A stretch of DNA of 64,000 nucleotides from a virus (taxonomy: Duplodnaviria > Caudoviricetes): the IMG/VR virus record IMGVR_UViG_3300033177_000258; one strand, given 5' to 3'. The notes below the pieces were generated by a model. That model worked only from the letters and a program-made list of their open reading frames with translations, had not been told where the DNA came from and searched no databases. Position 1 is the stretch's first letter. Each line of letters begins with the position of its first letter. Positions 60,042 through 64,000 of this stretch are shown piece by piece. Position numbers and translations under genes: made by a program.

Positions 60042-60323
60042 GCAAGACGACGGCGACGGTAGACCCGCGCGGGACGAGTCAGAAGTGCTCGCGGTGTGGG
60101 CACGTTGCGCGGGGCAACCGCGTCAGCCAGTCAGAGTTCCAGTGCCAGAAGTGCGGCTTTCGAATCAACGCTGACCTCAACGCGGGACGGAATGTGAAGG
60201 GGAAGTACCTGGTCCGAGAGGGCAGCGCCGTCTCGGGCGGGCCGCGTCAACCGGCCTAATGCAGCGTGTTGTTTGCGGCTGCAAGCTGCCTTCGGGTAGT
60301 GGTTGACGGTGGATGTTTACTAC
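60042..60323 (+). ncRNA. Cassette E7: tnpB-less omega-RNA unit (E5 family) with guide from 60308
   Basis: 266 bp nearly identical to 38338-38603, ends TTGAC at 60307; TATATT immediately upstream. Confidence 0.8.
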
Positions 60324-60345
60324 TATTGGCTTTGTGTAGAACGTA

Positions 60346-60783
60346 ATGTTCACAACGGGAATATCCCAATTGTTGGCTACCGCTAGCGAACGCGTGTCCA
60401 CGCCCGAGGGTCTGTTCGCGGCTCTTGGGCGCCTGGAGACGTTCATCGTGGAGCTCTCAGAGTCGCTGAGCGAGAGCAAACCCGAGCACGCCGTCGCCGC
60501 CGCGTTTCTTTCGGACGATGACATCGTGTCGGCTGTCCGCAGTATGTGCGCCGAGTATCTTCTCTCGGCCTGGTTCATGGGCAGCCTCAACGAAGCCATC
60601 AAGTCCAACTCGATTCCGTCGCAGCGCTTCACACCAGACGCCATTGTGAAAGCCATGACCAAGTTGCAGCGTATGGCCAAGCCGGTGGGCGAGACGGGAG
60701 CGAAGGTCGAGCAAGCCCTGGAAGCACTCATGCCCGCAGAAGGCACCGCAGCACCAGTTGCACTATCCGAGAAAGGATTGTAG
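60346..60783 (+). CDS. Hypothetical protein
   Basis: ORF in operon. Confidence 0.55.
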   Translation: MFTTGISQLLATASERVSTPEGLFAALGRLETFIVELSESLSESKPEHAVAAAFLSDDDIVSAVRSMCAEYLLSAWFMGSLNEAIKSNSIPSQRFTPDAIVKAMTKLQRMAKPVGETGAKVEQALEALMPAEGTAAPVALSEKGL

Positions 60784-60799
60784 CCAGAGAGGAATCGCA

Positions 60800-63418
60800 A
60801 TGTCAAACAAAGTGGATAAGAGCCCGGTCGTCAGCACGTCTGTCCGTAGTCTCGCTGCCGCCATCGGCGTCAAGGAGCTGGATGTCTCGATTGCCAAGAT
60901 GGCGTTCGTGCAGGGCATGAAGCGCGAGCAGATTTCCACCGCGCTCGGGCTCAGTTTCCGCAACGTGCAGGCCCGTCTGCACACGTTCGCGCAGTTCCAT
61001 AAGGCGGCCGACATGCCCCCCGTGGACGCCGTTGATGCGCTGATGGGAATGCACGACGACGACCTTGAGTACACCCCGCCTGCCGAGCGCTACCGCAAGC
61101 GGCTTCAGGCGCAGGCACAGGCCATTGCCCGCCTGCACGAGTCGCTCAACAAGCGACAGGTTGTCATTGACAACGTGGTCGCGGCCCTCGTCGCCGAGCT
61201 GGGCACCTACGACCCGTCTCCCTATACGCCCATCCCGATGGAGGGCCGCAAGGGCCGGCCCGAGTACGCCATGCTGGAGCTCAGCGACTGGCAGTTCGGG
61301 TCGAACTGGACTGGCGAAGACGTGGCCGGTCTGAACGAAATGAGCACCACCATCCTGGAGCAGCGCGTCGAACTGCTGACCCAGCGCGTGCTCCACCTCA
61401 TTGACCTGCAGCGCTCCGCCGTGAACATCCCATGGCTGGTCATCAACGCCCTGGGCGACTTCATCGAGAACGAAATCATCTGGGAGAGCCAGGGCACGTA
61501 CATTGATATGAACGCCTCCGACCAGATGATGGCGTGCCTAGAGTCCATGGAGAAGATGATGGTGACGTTCCTCCAGCACGGCGGCTTCGAGGAAATTAGG
61601 ATGTACTGTTTCCCCGCTGGCACGCCGGTCCTAATGGGCGACCTCAAGCAGAAGCCCATCGAGGATGTGTCGGTAGGGGATGAGGTCATCACGCACACGG
61701 GAGCGAGGAGAAAGGTTACTCGCACCGGCTCCCGTATTGCTGGTTCGGTCGTATCCATCGAAGCGGAGGGTTTGCCCAAGGCCATCAATGCGACTCCCGA
61801 GCACCCATTCTTCGCCATAAAGGGCGACGGGGTGGTTTGTGCTCGCTACCCATCTTTCCAGAAGATGGGACGACGTTGTTGGCTACAAGAGCGCGACGTA
61901 GAGCACCACCCATGTTGCAGTTGCAATTCCAGACCCAATCCCAAGGCGGAGTGGGTGAAAGCGGCCGACCTCGTAGAGGGGGATTACTTGCTGGTTCCCA
62001 CTACGTCGGGCTTGGTGGACAACCCGACCCCAATTGGCCCTGACCACGATGCCTTCTCTGGGTGTGTTGTGCGGCGATACGGAGAGAGGTTTTCGGTTAG
62101 CAACTCGGAGCGCGCAGCCATGCAGGAACGTATGGGTGAGGTCAAGTCCATGCTGCCATTCGAGTTCTCTCCCCGCAATATGCGCATACTTGGTTTGTGG
62201 GTGGCAGAGGGTAGTGTGGGGGGTCCGACTGAGGGACAGCCCAATTCGCTCAGCTTCTCGTTCGGGGCGCATGAGGCGGAAACGCTGGCGCGCGATGTCG
62301 TTGAGTGGGCGCGGGATATGGGGGTGTCTAATGAAGACATCCGGCAGAACCTCCAAAATGAGAATAAATCTGCATTGGTAGTTACCCTGAACAACACGAT
62401 GCTAGCCCGTCTCTTTGTCTACCTGGCCGGGAAGGGGGCAGCGGAGAAGAGCCTCCATTCGTCGCTGCTGATGATGGACCCATCGCTCCAACGGGAGCTG
62501 CTGATGGGCATGTGTGACGGCGACGGGACACGCTATGAGAAGGGGGCTTGTAGGGGTGCGCATCTGCGCTACTACACAGTATCGTCTTCACTGGCTGAAG
62601 ACGCCAGGAGATTGGCTCTTCGCTGTGGTTTCCTGACATCTAATCAGGTGAGTGAGAGAGGAGACGGTCGTCTGCCCCAGCATTCCGTATGCCTCTCCCA
62701 CCCGGATATCCCAGGTTCGGGGGACGGGAACGCGGGGAGGACGAAGCGTTGGGGAGGGTACATCGCGTTGCCCATCAGACAGATAACGGCGGAGACCGCC
62801 GAGACTGTGGTATACAACCTGGAAGTCGAGATTGACCACTCGTATGTGGCAGGAGATGCTGCTGTTCACAACTGCGTGGCAGGTAACCACGGCAGAATGG
62901 GAAAGAAACCAAACTCTATGCACTGGAAGAACAACTGGGACTTCCTGCTGTACCGCTTCCTGGCGCGCCGCTTCAAGAACGAGCCCCGCGTCAAGTTCAT
63001 CATCGGCACGTCGCCCTGGCTCGCCTACCGGCTGCCGCAGGCCCCGCGCTGGAACCACGTCATCCTGCACGGAGACACCATCCCGAACAACCTGGGCATC
63101 CCGTACTACGGCATCAACCGCGAGGTCGCCAAGATGGCAACCCTGACGAACATGCCGGTGCACCTGGTCCACCTCGGCCACTTCCACCAGCCGTCCATCC
63201 TGGACAACACCTACGGCGCCAAAATCATCAACGGCTGTCTCACCGGCGCCTCGCCGTTCTCAGTGGGCAAGTTGCTGATGGGTGGCCTGCCGCAGCAGTT
63301 GCTGTTCGGCGTTCACCCGGAACACGGGCGCACCTGGAACTACCCGGTGCTGCTCGCCAACATGCCGGAAGTCACTGCCGATGACGAAGGCGTCTACTCG
63401 TCCTACGTCGAGGAGTAG
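60800..63418 (+). CDS. Calcineurin-like metallophosphoesterase/nuclease with N-terminal HTH, interrupted by an intein
   Basis: SDWQ.G, LGDFIE, GNHGR, HGD, GHFH. Confidence 0.85.
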   Translation: MSNKVDKSPVVSTSVRSLAAAIGVKELDVSIAKMAFVQGMKREQISTALGLSFRNVQARLHTFAQFHKAADMPPVDAVDALMGMHDDDLEYTPPAERYRKRLQAQAQAIARLHESLNKRQVVIDNVVAALVAELGTYDPSPYTPIPMEGRKGRPEYAMLELSDWQFGSNWTGEDVAGLNEMSTTILEQRVELLTQRVLHLIDLQRSAVNIPWLVINALGDFIENEIIWESQGTYIDMNASDQMMACLESMEKMMVTFLQHGGFEEIRMYCFPAGTPVLMGDLKQKPIEDVSVGDEVITHTGARRKVTRTGSRIAGSVVSIEAEGLPKAINATPEHPFFAIKGDGVVCARYPSFQKMGRRCWLQERDVEHHPCCSCNSRPNPKAEWVKAADLVEGDYLLVPTTSGLVDNPTPIGPDHDAFSGCVVRRYGERFSVSNSERAAMQERMGEVKSMLPFEFSPRNMRILGLWVAEGSVGGPTEGQPNSLSFSFGAHEAETLARDVVEWARDMGVSNEDIRQNLQNENKSALVVTLNNTMLARLFVYLAGKGAAEKSLHSSLLMMDPSLQRELLMGMCDGDGTRYEKGACRGAHLRYYTVSSSLAEDARRLALRCGFLTSNQVSERGDGRLPQHSVCLSHPDIPGSGDGNAGRTKRWGGYIALPIRQITAETAETVVYNLEVEIDHSYVAGDAAVHNCVAGNHGRMGKKPNSMHWKNNWDFLLYRFLARRFKNEPRVKFIIGTSPWLAYRLPQAPRWNHVILHGDTIPNNLGIPYYGINREVAKMATLTNMPVHLVHLGHFHQPSILDNTYGAKIINGCLTGASPFSVGKLLMGGLPQQLLFGVHPEHGRTWNYPVLLANMPEVTADDEGVYSSYVEE
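61607..62872 (+). mobile_element. Intein (422 aa) with LAGLIDADG homing endonuclease
   Basis: Starts CFPAGT, ATPEHPF, LGLWVAEG and LMGMCDGDG, ends VHN, +1 Cys. Confidence 0.93.
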
Positions 63419-63421
63419 GGG

Positions 63422-63450
63422 TTGACGGCCGTCCTTCTTTGTGGTAGAGT
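63422..63450 (+). promoter_or_regulatory. Sigma70-type promoter
   Basis: TTGACG-N17-TAGAGT with TG extension; GGAGG RBS downstream. Confidence 0.65.
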
Positions 63451-63483
63451 GTCCAAAGCAACTTAACACTCCGGGAGGGAGTA

Positions 63484-64000
63484 ATGAGCATCTGTGCAGT
63501 GCCATGGTTCAGGATGGAAGTTCACGAAAACCGTCTGTGCCCGTGCAACCTCATCCATCCTCAGCTCTTCTGGCACGCTAAGCGGAGCCGTTACTGGGAC
63601 TTCCTGGAAGACGGTGTGAAGCCGCTGGTGAACAGCTTGCAGTACCAGCAGTTCAGGACCAGCATGGCAGCGACCGAAGCGGAGGGTGCCTGTGGCGCCG
63701 AACGACGTTGTGGCGCCCCCTCCGCCTTTCCCAACCTTCCCGTCCACGCGCTCCCGTCTATCGCGGAGAACTACCGCCTCGTCAAAGAGGATTGGGAAGC
63801 GCGCAGCCCTATTCTGCGCGGCGTCCCTCCGGTGTGGACAGTCTCTACTGGCGCGCGTTGTGACATGCGCTGTGTAATGTGTCCCATTGACCACAGTCTG
63901 GACATCCCGCCGCTTACGACAGATGCGGCGACGCAGCTTCGAGAAGCGGCCGAACTAGCGCTCAACTGGACGGTAGTTGGGGGCGAGCCACTTCATTCCC
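63484..64000 (+). CDS. Radical SAM protein with N-terminal SPASM/twitch-like domain, 3'-truncated (absent from ORF track)
   Basis: Manual translation MSICAVPW...CDMRCVMC...GGEP. Confidence 0.8.
   Translation, partial: MSICAVPWFRMEVHENRLCPCNLIHPQLFWHAKRSRYWDFLEDGVKPLVNSLQYQQFRTSMAATEAEGACGAERRCGAPSAFPNLPVHALPSIAENYRLVKEDWEARSPILRGVPPVWTVSTGARCDMRCVMCPIDHSLDIPPLTTDAATQLREAAELALNWTVVGGEPLHS

Noticed and set aside
1-60307. Autonomous IS200/IS605 or IS607 transposons
   Set aside because: No tnpA (Y1 or serine) lies next to any fully visible tnpB; one outside the window or in the host cannot be excluded.

Overview
The window is a segment of a large, GC-rich tailed-phage genome; the host cannot be determined, although a class III RNR suggests an anaerobe. 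In order it holds: virion/tail proteins, an intein-containing subtilisin, PhoH, a Ro60/TROVE gene preceded by five structured RNAs, a palindromic-repeat origin-like region, and a replication/recombination module (helicase, primase, SSB, DnaE, clamp, RecA-like, RecU-like, NrdD/G, dNMP kinase, UDG-HD, methyltransferase). It also has a glycosyltransferase cluster, an intein-containing metallophosphoesterase and seven tnpB-derived cassettes with no tnpA. Two systems stand out. (1) In three TnpB/omega-RNA cassettes the guide position holds a copy of the neighbouring phage gene that differs almost only at third codon positions; two of these sit behind a shared TCAT motif. Two cassettes are reduced to omega-RNA only. 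This looks like RNA-guided 'intronless homing' or inter-phage competition with recoded self-immunity. (2) A Ro60 operon carries five RNAs that share a covarying scaffold but have different inserted domains, one being a circularly permuted tRNA. All calls come from reading motifs by eye; no searches were run.
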